DNA of 64,000 nucleotides from Anaerolineales bacterium. Lineage in GTDB: Bacteria; Chloroflexota; Anaerolineae; Anaerolineales; E44-bin32. Shown here piece after piece: positions 56,987 through 64,000 of the stretch (position 1 is its first letter; every line of letters begins with the position of its first letter). Position numbers and translations under genes: made by a program. The stretch covers positions 121,189 to 185,188 of the forward strand of contig DAOUDW010000035.1 in the NCBI GenBank assembly GCA_034430895.1, given 5' to 3'. Under the pieces are notes generated by a model that saw only the letters and a list, made by a program, of their open reading frames with translations, had not been told where the DNA came from and did no database searches.

Positions 56987-57011
56987 CAACCCGATCAGCG
57001 ACTTCTATAAT
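56983..57011 (+). promoter_or_regulatory. Consensus sigma-70 promoter for tRNA-Gly
   Basis: A perfect TTGACA (56983-56988), a 17-nt spacer, then a perfect TATAAT (57006-57011). The -35 element overlaps the cinA stop codon. The tRNA starts 14 nt downstream. Confidence 0.7.
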
Positions 57012-57024
57012 CCGCCACGAAGAT

Positions 57025-57096
57025 GCGGGTGTCGCCAAGTGGTAAGGCAGTAGCTTCCCAAGCTACCATTCGTGGGTTCGAATCCCATCACCCGCT
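57025..57096 (+). tRNA. tRNA-Gly (anticodon CCC)
   Basis: Hand-folded 72-nt cloverleaf with acceptor GCGGGTG/CACCCGC, anticodon loop TTCCCAA, T-arm GTGGG-TTCGAAT-CCCAT and discriminator T. It is followed by CTTTTTT. Confidence 0.93.
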
Positions 57097-57169
57097 CTTT
57101 TTTATCATCGGAGCACTTGTCTGACAATTGATTATTGACAAGCATCAAAGCTATGATAGATTAATAGCT

Positions 57170-57356
57170 ATATAATTCCGCTATTTTCGTATATATGTAA
57201 TAGCTGTGGTAAAAATATCTTTGTCGTTTGGATGTCCTGCACCTTGAATTGGCGTCCGGACGTAATCCAAAAAGTATCCGGTGTCCAGGGCGGTGCGCGA
57301 CAGGATCGTGAAGGCTCGCGTGGGACACCTCCCAGCCGGGAGGTGTTTGTTGTTTA
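57170..57356 (+). ncRNA. Candidate cis-regulatory leader or small RNA upstream of the liv operon
   Basis: The promoter-like motif is TTGACA (57135-57140) followed by TGATAGATT (57154-57162). Three overlapping helices follow: 57256-57260:57277-57281, then 57280-57286:57323-57329, then the terminator 57325-57333:57338-57346 with a TTGTTGTTT tail. Confidence 0.35.
57325..57355 (+). terminator. Intrinsic terminator ending the leader/sRNA candidate
   Basis: ACACCTCCC-AGCC-GGGAGGTGT (9 bp, perfect) followed by TTGTTGTTT. Confidence 0.6.
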
Positions 57357-57373
57357 CTGGCAAGGGAATTTTC

Positions 57374-57402
57374 TTGACAATCCGTTTCAATCCAATTTTA
57401 AT
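57374..57402 (+). promoter_or_regulatory. Candidate promoter proximal to the liv SBP gene
   Basis: TTGACA (57374-57379), a 17-nt spacer, then TTTAAT (57397-57402). Confidence 0.35.
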
Positions 57403-57544
57403 TTCCTGAATTATTTGCATACGTTTTATACCAATCGAAAGGAGGAATTCGCGCCACAGATCAAACATTTCCACTTACGAAAACATCCCCGAAAACGACT
57501 TTGGCTAATCAAAGTCAATTTGAATGTAGGAGGAGAGGATAACC

Positions 57545-58807
57545 ATGAAACGTCATTCGCCACTATTCGTAATTCTCGTTGCCAGCTTGCTTCTCGTAAG
57601 TTGCTCAGGCGGTAAATGTGAAGTTGATCCCGATGCTGTGCTCACCATGGGCATGACTGCCAGCGAACTTGCTGATGCTGGTTACGTCGTCGTCGGCCCT
57701 GGTTGCACCATCCGCATTGGCCAATCCGTCGGTCTGACTGGGCCGCTCCCTGACCCAGGTCTCGATATTCAACAAGCCGCCGAACTCGCAGTTGATGACC
57801 TCAATGCCGCAGGCGGCTTCGAAGGTCACGATTGGGAACTCATAACTGAAGACGGCGCCTGCGACGGTGATGCCGGAACGGTAGTCGGAAACAAATTCGC
57901 TGCCGATCCCTCGATCGTAGCCATTCAGGGCGGCATGTGCACGGGTGAGACTCTGGCATTGATCCCGATCTTCACCGAAGCGCGCATCCCCTTCGTTACA
58001 GCCAGTTCCACCAACCCAGCCGTCACGAGCGAGGAATGTGACGTCTGTAACCGCGTTGTGCTTAGCGACAAACTGCAAGCCGACGTTGATGCCGACTACA
58101 TCACAAATGTGCTAAATGTCACTTCAGTCGCGATCATGCACGACAACTCGGATTATGGGCTTGGGATCGCCGAACTCTTCCAAACTGCGTTTGAGTTGCT
58201 CGGTGGCACGGTCACTGATTTCCAGGGTGCTCAGGTTGGTGACACTGATTTCCGTTCGGTTCTAGGCCAGATTGCACCGAGTAATCCTGAATTGATTTTC
58301 TTCGGTGGCTACTCCACGGAAGCCGGTTTGATCACCATTCAAATGGACGAAGTAGAAGGTCTGCAGGATACGATCTTCTTCAGCGACGATGGCACATACA
58401 CGCAACAGTATCTGGACACAGCGGGGGCGGCCGCCGAAGGTGCTTATGCCAGCTTCGTGGCCGGCGATGAGACCGAAGATGCCAACGCTGAATTCGATGC
58501 TAAATATCTCGAAAAATACGGCGTCGCTCCGGATTCTCTTGGGCCGTTCCACGCTCAGACATACGACGCAATCAATCTTCTCGCAGAGGCGATTAAAAGC
58601 GTCGCCATGGCCGATGATGCAGGTGAAGGTTACTTGATCATCGAGCGCGAGGCGGTTATTACTGCTGTTCGCACCACAACTGGGCTGCAAGGTCTGGCTG
58701 GTGTGATGAACTGTAATGCGATCGGCGATTGTGGTGCCGGTGGTATCCAGGTCTTCCAGGTTCAGGATGGCGCCTGGGTTCAGGTATCGGGCTTTGGCCT
58801 CGAGTAA
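57545..58807 (+). CDS. Branched-chain amino acid ABC transporter substrate-binding lipoprotein (LivK/LivJ type)
   Basis: A lipobox in 'VASLLLVSCSGG' and a type I periplasmic-binding fold pattern ('IRIGQSVGLTGP', 'AIQGGMCTGE'). The strong SD AGGAGGAGAGG lies upstream. Confidence 0.85.
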   Translation: MKRHSPLFVILVASLLLVSCSGGKCEVDPDAVLTMGMTASELADAGYVVVGPGCTIRIGQSVGLTGPLPDPGLDIQQAAELAVDDLNAAGGFEGHDWELITEDGACDGDAGTVVGNKFAADPSIVAIQGGMCTGETLALIPIFTEARIPFVTASSTNPAVTSEECDVCNRVVLSDKLQADVDADYITNVLNVTSVAIMHDNSDYGLGIAELFQTAFELLGGTVTDFQGAQVGDTDFRSVLGQIAPSNPELIFFGGYSTEAGLITIQMDEVEGLQDTIFFSDDGTYTQQYLDTAGAAAEGAYASFVAGDETEDANAEFDAKYLEKYGVAPDSLGPFHAQTYDAINLLAEAIKSVAMADDAGEGYLIIEREAVITAVRTTTGLQGLAGVMNCNAIGDCGAGGIQVFQVQDGAWVQVSGFGLE

Positions 58808-58837
58808 CCACTTCTGTATCTGATCGATAGAACAATG

Positions 58838-58868
58838 ACTGGGGTAGAGCTTTCTACCCCAGTCTTCT
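58838..58868 (+). terminator. Intra-operon hairpin after the SBP gene
   Basis: An 11-bp perfect stem ACTGGGGTAGA/TCTACCCCAGT with the loop GCTT and a weak T-rich tail. This is typical of differential SBP versus permease expression. Confidence 0.55.
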
Positions 58869-58934
58869 CGATTACAATTCTATGCAATTATTTTTTCATT
58901 CTGAACAAAATTCTGTACGAGTGAACACCTTCAA

Positions 58935-60026
58935 ATGCAGACTTCGACAAAATCCGCTTCACGTAAAAAAATATTGGGGGGGATTCGCCAAAGGACTCTT
59001 AGCAGGATCCTGATTTATTCATTTGGCATTATCATCACCAGCCTTCTCATCTGGCGCATTGTTGTCGTTGCTGAGCAAACATCCTACACGTCTCAGTACT
59101 GGGTTTCTCAGACCATTAACGGTCTATTACTCGGTGGCGTTTACGCACTCGTCGCCCTGGGTTACACCCTGGTATATGGGATCCTCTTTATGATCAATTT
59201 CGCCCATGGTGAAGTAATGATGATTGGAGGATTTGCAGGTTACTTTACCCTGCAAATATTTACTACCCTGGGTTGGACTGAAGGTCCTGCCTATCTTGCC
59301 GTCCTATCAATTCTATTGGTCATCGCAGCGGGGATGGTTGCATCCGTGCTAACTGGTATGACTCTGGAGCGCATTGCCTACCGGCCTTTACGCACGGCAC
59401 CTCGCCTGGTTCCGCTGATCAGCGCCATTGGCGCATCTTTCTTCCTGCAATATGCTGCGTTGCGTATTTTCGGCCCTTCTCCGGTGAATTACCGAAAGCC
59501 TACGCTAATCGCAGGTGGCTGGTCGCTTGGTGAAACCGGAATTATCGTCACGCGCACAGGTGTGCTGATCGCTGTGATTTCCACCCTGATGATGATAGGC
59601 CTCTTCATCATCGTACGTCGCAGTAAAATCGGGCGCGCCATGCGAGCCGTCGCCGAGGACAAGGAAACCGCCTCGCTGATGGGTATCGATATCGATAAAG
59701 TTATCGCTTTTACCTTTGCACTCGGTTCAGCGCTTGCCGGTGCCGGCGGCGTGATGATCGGGTTCCACAATACACTTATGAAATTTAATACTGGATTTAT
59801 TCCAGGATTAAAAGCCTTTACTGCCGCCGTCCTCGGCGGTATTGGAAACATTCCAGGCGCCATGTTTGGTGCGATTCTACTCGGTGTCCTTGAGGCGCTT
59901 GGGCCAAGCGCTCTTGGATTACCGACTGAGTATAAAGACGTAATCGCTTTTTCACTGCTTGTTCTTGTTCTAATCTTCCGGCCGATGGGCTTATTGGGTG
60001 AAGTCCTTGCCGAGGAAAAGGCTTGA
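58935..60026 (+). CDS. livH: Branched-chain amino acid ABC transporter permease (LivH type) with an N-terminal extension
   Basis: 'INGLLLGGVYALVALGYTLVYG' and 'INFAHGE'. It is about 55 aa longer at the N-terminus than typical LivH proteins, and no alternative in-frame start lies nearer the core. Confidence 0.87.
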   Translation: MQTSTKSASRKKILGGIRQRTLSRILIYSFGIIITSLLIWRIVVVAEQTSYTSQYWVSQTINGLLLGGVYALVALGYTLVYGILFMINFAHGEVMMIGGFAGYFTLQIFTTLGWTEGPAYLAVLSILLVIAAGMVASVLTGMTLERIAYRPLRTAPRLVPLISAIGASFFLQYAALRIFGPSPVNYRKPTLIAGGWSLGETGIIVTRTGVLIAVISTLMMIGLFIIVRRSKIGRAMRAVAEDKETASLMGIDIDKVIAFTFALGSALAGAGGVMIGFHNTLMKFNTGFIPGLKAFTAAVLGGIGNIPGAMFGAILLGVLEALGPSALGLPTEYKDVIAFSLLVLVLIFRPMGLLGEVLAEEKA

Positions 60027-60029
60027 TCC

Positions 60030-61682
60030 ATGAACTTCAAAGAAAGCATACGCCTCGGTTTAATCACATCCGGAATACTCATCTTCCTGGACTTGATCGG
60101 TTTGCCACTTACATCCGGCAGCGCTATCGTATTTATTTTTACAATCGTCGTCGGATTACTCTCCTTCTTAATGCTGCGCAACCGAAACGGAGAGCGGAGC
60201 ACTCTTCTCAACGCTTCGATCAGTGGATCGATAATTGGGGCGATTAGCAGCATCGGCATAGTTACAATCACGACAATATTCGCCAGATTGCAGGCAGACG
60301 GCATTCGCGTCAATAAAGTGTTTGCACAGATTCTCCCCGAACACACCGGCGCCCTCACGGGTCTGACCAAGGTGGAAGTTTTATCCGGCGCCAGTATCTG
60401 GCCTGGTATATTGAAACTTTGCATCCTGTTTATTGTGGCCGGAACCATTGGCGGGGGATTGACCGCTTTACAGAGTGACAAGACCAGTTCAAGAACAAAG
60501 CAATTTTCTTCTTCTCCATATGGCCGCTATGCACTTTTAGTCCTGCCCTTTCTGCTCTTTGGTTCCTTCATGCTCTTAAAAGTCGAGGGGGTACAAATCG
60601 GCGGCGAAGATGAGAACACACTTGGGTTATTGCTTGTATTTCTTTTCATCAGCACAGCATTGTTTGCATTTCGCGGTGCCAGGCCGGGCAATGAACGAAA
60701 ATTAATCTCGATCGCGATCGTTTTTCTTATACTGGTATTGCCTCAACTTACTGATCTCTTTCAAAATGCCGTTCTCAGTGCGGTGATAATTTTCGTTGTT
60801 ATGGGGCTGGGGCTTAACATCGTCGTGGGGTATGCGGGTTTACTCGATCTCGGCTACGTCGCCTTTTTTGGCATCGGCGCTTATACTTTCGGACTGCTCT
60901 CTGCCCCCGAATCATTCGTCCTCGTAAACCTGCCTGCTTTTGGTGGCGTCACTTTTTGGAGTGGTCTGCCGATCGCTATCCTTGCTGGAGTAATTACAGG
61001 CGTCCTGCTTGGCATTCCGGTGTTGCGAATGCGCGGCGACTACCTGGCGATCGTTACCTTGGGTTTTGGCGAAATTATTCGTCTGCTGTTACTCAACCTG
61101 CGCGATTTCACCGGAGGTCCTGGCGGTGTACTCAACATTCCTGCCCCCATTGTATTCGGAGTAGACCTGGGAAATCCAAAGGGAATATTCTATCTAGGCA
61201 TGCTTTTTAGCGGTATCGTAGCTTTTATAACAATCCGCTTGCGTGATTCTCGCTTAGGGAGATCGTGGATCGCCTTACGCGAAGATGAAGACGTTGCCCG
61301 AGCGATGGGCATCAACCTGGTAGCAATCAAGCTTCTTGCTTTCGCCACGGGCGCTGCATTTGCCGCCGCTGCGGGAGCGTTGTATGCATCCAGGCAGGTT
61401 AACATATTTCCGGATAATTTCACGCTTCTCGTGTCCATCGACGTGCTTTCGCTGATTATCATCGGCGGACTGGGCAGCATCGAGGGAGTCGTTCTCGGCT
61501 CGATCGCGCTCATCGGTCTTCCGGAAATTTTACGCAGTGTAAATGAGTACCGCATCCTAACCTTCGGTGCGCTATTGGTAGTGATGATGATCCTGCGTCC
61601 AGAAGGATTGTTGCCGTCTGCAAGACGGCAACGCGAGTTGCGCGGTGAAGCCATAGCTGAATCCGGAATAGCCTCCGAATGA
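60030..61682 (+). CDS. livM: Branched-chain amino acid ABC transporter permease (LivM type) with a long N-terminal membrane extension
   Basis: The core motifs are 'NIVVGYAGLLDLGYVAFFGIGAY' and 'MRGDYLAIVTLGFGEI'. At 550 aa it has about 200 extra N-terminal residues with several TM helices. Confidence 0.87.
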   Translation: MNFKESIRLGLITSGILIFLDLIGLPLTSGSAIVFIFTIVVGLLSFLMLRNRNGERSTLLNASISGSIIGAISSIGIVTITTIFARLQADGIRVNKVFAQILPEHTGALTGLTKVEVLSGASIWPGILKLCILFIVAGTIGGGLTALQSDKTSSRTKQFSSSPYGRYALLVLPFLLFGSFMLLKVEGVQIGGEDENTLGLLLVFLFISTALFAFRGARPGNERKLISIAIVFLILVLPQLTDLFQNAVLSAVIIFVVMGLGLNIVVGYAGLLDLGYVAFFGIGAYTFGLLSAPESFVLVNLPAFGGVTFWSGLPIAILAGVITGVLLGIPVLRMRGDYLAIVTLGFGEIIRLLLLNLRDFTGGPGGVLNIPAPIVFGVDLGNPKGIFYLGMLFSGIVAFITIRLRDSRLGRSWIALREDEDVARAMGINLVAIKLLAFATGAAFAAAAGALYASRQVNIFPDNFTLLVSIDVLSLIIIGGLGSIEGVVLGSIALIGLPEILRSVNEYRILTFGALLVVMMILRPEGLLPSARRQRELRGEAIAESGIASE

Positions 61683-62491
61683 ACGAGTTAGATATGACGC
61701 CTTTCTTCGAAATTCGCGATTTGGTGAAACGCTTTGGCGGCCTTGGAGCCGTAAATAATTTCGATTTCCAATGCGAAGAGGGCTCGATCGTGAGCATTAT
61801 CGGTCCCAATGGCGCAGGGAAAACGACTGTGTTTAATTGCATCACCGGTTTCTATAAGATTGACGGTGGCGAGATCCATTTCAGAGGGGATCTTATTAAC
61901 GACCGCTCACCCGACCGCATCACCCGCAGCGGGATCGCGCGAACCTATCAAAACATTCGCCTTTTTTCCAACATGACGGGCGTAGAGAATATCCTGGTTG
62001 GCATGGAGCCTCACTTGCGATCTACATTTTTCGGCTCCATGATTCGCTCGAAATTCACTCGAGATGAAGAACGACTGGCGCATGCGGAAGCTGTCCACCT
62101 GCTCGAATTTGTCGGCATTTCGCCCGAAGCCGACGATCTTGCAAAGAACTTTTCCTACGGTGACCAGCGGCGCCTGGAAATTGCACGTGCGCTGGCCAGC
62201 AAACCCGAATTGCTGCTGCTGGATGAACCAACCGCAGGTATGAACATCACCGAAAGCGTGGAAACGATGCACTTCATCCAACAATTACGAAATGAATTGG
62301 GCATCACGATCATTTTGATCGAACACGACATGCGCGTGGTTATGGGTATTTCAGAGCGGATCACGGTTTTGGATTACGGTCAAAAAATCGCCGAAGGAAC
62401 ACCCGAAGATATTCAGAACAATCCAAGAGTGATCGAAGCGTATCTCGGACGCGGCGCTGCTTCCGGCATTACGACATATGCATCCACATAG
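61679..62491 (+). CDS. livG: Branched-chain amino acid ABC transporter ATP-binding protein (LivG type)
   Basis: Walker A 'GPNGAGKTT', signature 'FSYGDQRRLEIARAL', Walker B 'LLLLDEP' and the C-terminal 'VIEAYLG'. Confidence 0.92.
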   Translation: MNELDMTPFFEIRDLVKRFGGLGAVNNFDFQCEEGSIVSIIGPNGAGKTTVFNCITGFYKIDGGEIHFRGDLINDRSPDRITRSGIARTYQNIRLFSNMTGVENILVGMEPHLRSTFFGSMIRSKFTRDEERLAHAEAVHLLEFVGISPEADDLAKNFSYGDQRRLEIARALASKPELLLLDEPTAGMNITESVETMHFIQQLRNELGITIILIEHDMRVVMGISERITVLDYGQKIAEGTPEDIQNNPRVIEAYLGRGAASGITTYAST

Positions 62492-62510
62492 TATTTCAGG
62501 AGCCTGATTA

Positions 62511-63224
62511 ATGTCCTTGCTCGAACTTCGAGACGTACACAGTTATTACGGCAACATCCACGCCTTGAAAGGGATTTCCATCGACGTCGATGAGGGCGAG
62601 ATCGTCACCTTGATCGGCACGAATGGCGCCGGTAAAACAACCACACTACGGACCATCTGCGGTGTGCTCAAACCACGCGAGGGATCGGTTCGATTTTCCG
62701 GAGAGGATTTGTCGCCATATAAAATGCATGAAATTGTCTACAAAGGAATCGCCATGGTCCCTGAAGGTAGACGTATTTTTTCTCGGCTAACCGTCACCGA
62801 AAACCTGGACATGGGTGCCTACCACCGTACGGATGGCGACGGTATTGAAGAAGATTTGGACCGCGTATTTACTTTATTTCCTCGCCTTAAAGAACGGGAA
62901 CATCAAGTTGCCGGAACGCTGAGCGGCGGAGAACAACAAATGCTGGCCACGGGCCGCGCCCTTATGGCACATCCCAGCCTGATGCTGCTCGATGAGCCTT
63001 CCATGGGCCTGGCTCCCGTGCTTGTCGAAAGCATTTTCGACACCATCCAGGAAATCAATCGTGAAGGCAGAACCATTCTCCTCGTAGAACAAAATGCACA
63101 CATGGCACTTCAAGTCGCCCATCGCGGCTACGTCCTGCAAACTGGCGAAATCGTCATCAGTGACACCGCAGAAGCCTTGCGCAATAACCCGATCGTCCAG
63201 AAAAGCTATTTCGGAATCGACTGA
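62511..63224 (+). CDS. livF: Branched-chain amino acid ABC transporter ATP-binding protein (LivF type)
   Basis: Walker A 'GTNGAGKTT', signature 'LSGGEQQMLATGRAL' and Walker B 'LMLLDEPS'. Confidence 0.92.
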   Translation: MSLLELRDVHSYYGNIHALKGISIDVDEGEIVTLIGTNGAGKTTTLRTICGVLKPREGSVRFSGEDLSPYKMHEIVYKGIAMVPEGRRIFSRLTVTENLDMGAYHRTDGDGIEEDLDRVFTLFPRLKEREHQVAGTLSGGEQQMLATGRALMAHPSLMLLDEPSMGLAPVLVESIFDTIQEINREGRTILLVEQNAHMALQVAHRGYVLQTGEIVISDTAEALRNNPIVQKSYFGID

Positions 63225-63313
63225 TCACGATCCCAAGAAATCCCTACAATACCTATCGGATCTGTTAGCTTTTCGTAAGCTAGTCATTCCTTTTAAAATG
63301 CTAAGATGGGTCA

Positions 63314-63510
63314 AGCAATAGCCGCCGTGTCGGTATCAGGGGAAGAACACAAATAAACACATCTCAGGCTGAGTAAGTCCTACGGGCACCCACATAAAAC
63401 CCGTAAGGATCTCGATAATCAAAGTCCTCGAGATACCCAAGTAGGTCAGGCTTATTGCTCTCCTCCTCCTCAGAGCCCTCGCTGGCACGGGGGCTCTACT
63501 TTGTTATATG
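63314..63510 (+). ncRNA. Candidate about 200-nt structured small RNA with an exposed CU-rich tract
   Basis: The extended -10 motif TGCTAAGAT lies at 63299-63307. A closing helix pairs 63314-63323 with 63449-63459. Internal hairpins are 63378-63386:63400-63409 and 63410-63415:63428-63433. The CTCCTCCTCCTC tract lies at 63460-63471. The terminator-like hairpin 63472-63478:63491-63497 is followed by ACTTTGTT. Confidence 0.35.
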
Positions 63511-63535
63511 TTATGTAAGGAAATCGGTGCAGCAC

Positions 63536-63563
63536 TTGCCTTGGGGATTGTCTGCACTATAAT
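63536..63563 (+). promoter_or_regulatory. Candidate promoter for the response-regulator gene
   Basis: TTGCCT (63536-63541), a 16-nt spacer, then TATAAT (63558-63563). Confidence 0.45.
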
Positions 63564-63591
63564 CTAGCTATCCATTATTTTAGGTCTGAAC

Positions 63592-63993
63592 ATGGGTGCG
63601 GTAGCGACGATGGAATCCTATACGGTTCTCTATGTCGAAGACACTGTCGACAACCTAATCCTCGTGCGACGTATCCTTCAAGCGGAAGGCTATACCCTTC
63701 TTGAAGCAGAGTCTGCGCAAGAAGGGTTGCAACTCGCTCTTTCTGAGCATCCTGATTTAATTCTCGTCGATATCAATCTACCCGAGGTGGATGGGTTGAC
63801 GTTTACGAAACGGTTGAAATCCAATCCGAAATTAGCTAACGTACCTATCGTTGCGCTCACTGCGAATGTCCTGCGCGGCGATCGCGAACGAAGTCTTCGG
63901 GCAGGCTGCGACGGCTATATCCAGAAACCGATCGATGTCGACCTGTTTCCGTCGCAGATCAAACACTTTATTATACAACCCACTCAATCGTGA
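63592..63993 (+). CDS. Single-domain response regulator (CheY-like receiver)
   Basis: 'VLYVEDT', 'LILVDINLPEVDG' (phospho-acceptor Asp), 'VALTA' and 'GYIQKP'. At 133 aa it has no output domain. Confidence 0.85.
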   Translation: MGAVATMESYTVLYVEDTVDNLILVRRILQAEGYTLLEAESAQEGLQLALSEHPDLILVDINLPEVDGLTFTKRLKSNPKLANVPIVALTANVLRGDRERSLRAGCDGYIQKPIDVDLFPSQIKHFIIQPTQS

Positions 63994-64000
63994 ACTACGA

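Noticed and set aside
57287-57299. T-box riboswitch call for the liv leader (AGGGCGGTGCGCG versus the consensus AGGGTGGTACCGCG)
   Set aside because: The bulge lacks the UGGN tetranucleotide needed to pair with the tRNA 3' NCCA end. I also could not find Stem I features (AGAGA box, a specifier loop with S-turn, distal loop motifs). I keep it only as an unclassified attenuator candidate.
57181-57615. ORFs of 97 aa (minus strand) and 127 aa (plus strand) in the AT-rich gap upstream of the liv operon
   Set aside because: They have no RBS and an implausible composition. They also run straight through a perfect intrinsic terminator and promoter-like motifs. The region is better explained as non-coding regulatory RNA.
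59489-60481. 330-aa ORF antisense to livH/livM
   Set aside because: It lies entirely inside two well-supported permease genes. The translation is Pro/Arg/Ser/Ile-rich and low in complexity, with no motif and no RBS. This is the typical shadow ORF of a biased-composition coding region.
63441-63452. SRP RNA-like 'GGUCAGG' string in the livF-downstream RNA candidate
   Set aside because: The rest of the SRP helix-8 core (UCCGGAAGGAAGCAGC, GNAR tetraloop) is missing. The similarity is limited to 7 nt.

Overview
This 64-kb window looks like an ordinary, densely packed chromosomal core region. By my reading it holds about 55 protein genes, 3 tRNAs and no rRNA. I could not recognise any CRISPR array, IS element, integrase or prophage module. 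From gene content I would guess a Chloroflexota/Anaerolineae-like bacterium: a mevalonate-type decarboxylase, PT-rich lipoprotein tails, a zinc-ribbon-extended TopA, a W-type aldehyde:ferredoxin oxidoreductase and extended -10 promoters. That taxonomy is low-confidence inference only. Confidently recognisable genes are hisS, tRNA-His(GUG, encoded G-1), an L,D-transpeptidase, a GHMP decarboxylase, rseP, radC, eno, mnmA, nnr, aor, greA, topA, a manC-like gene, dprA, tRNA-Asp, alaS, ruvX, mltG, an S9 peptidase, pdp, an mtaD-like gene, mutS, a ROK kinase, an Opp/Dpp-type SBP with two permeases, a PiT transporter, miaA, yraN, cinA, tRNA-Gly(CCC), a five-gene Liv-type ABC transporter and a CheY-like receiver. 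I found no clear novel multi-gene system. The items most worth a second look are as follows. (1) Three intergenic structured-RNA candidates, each framed by a promoter-like motif and an intrinsic terminator: between hisS and tRNA-His, upstream of the liv operon, and downstream of it. (2) A terminator-containing hisS leader. (3) An SCP2-GMC flavoprotein-AOR-Nnr operon. (4) Several unusual domain architectures: MtaD-CYTH, zinc-ribbon-TopA, and M23 with a degenerate clan GH-A barrel. (5) A very divergent antiporter-like membrane triad at the left edge. All functional calls come from motif recognition by eye; no searches were run.
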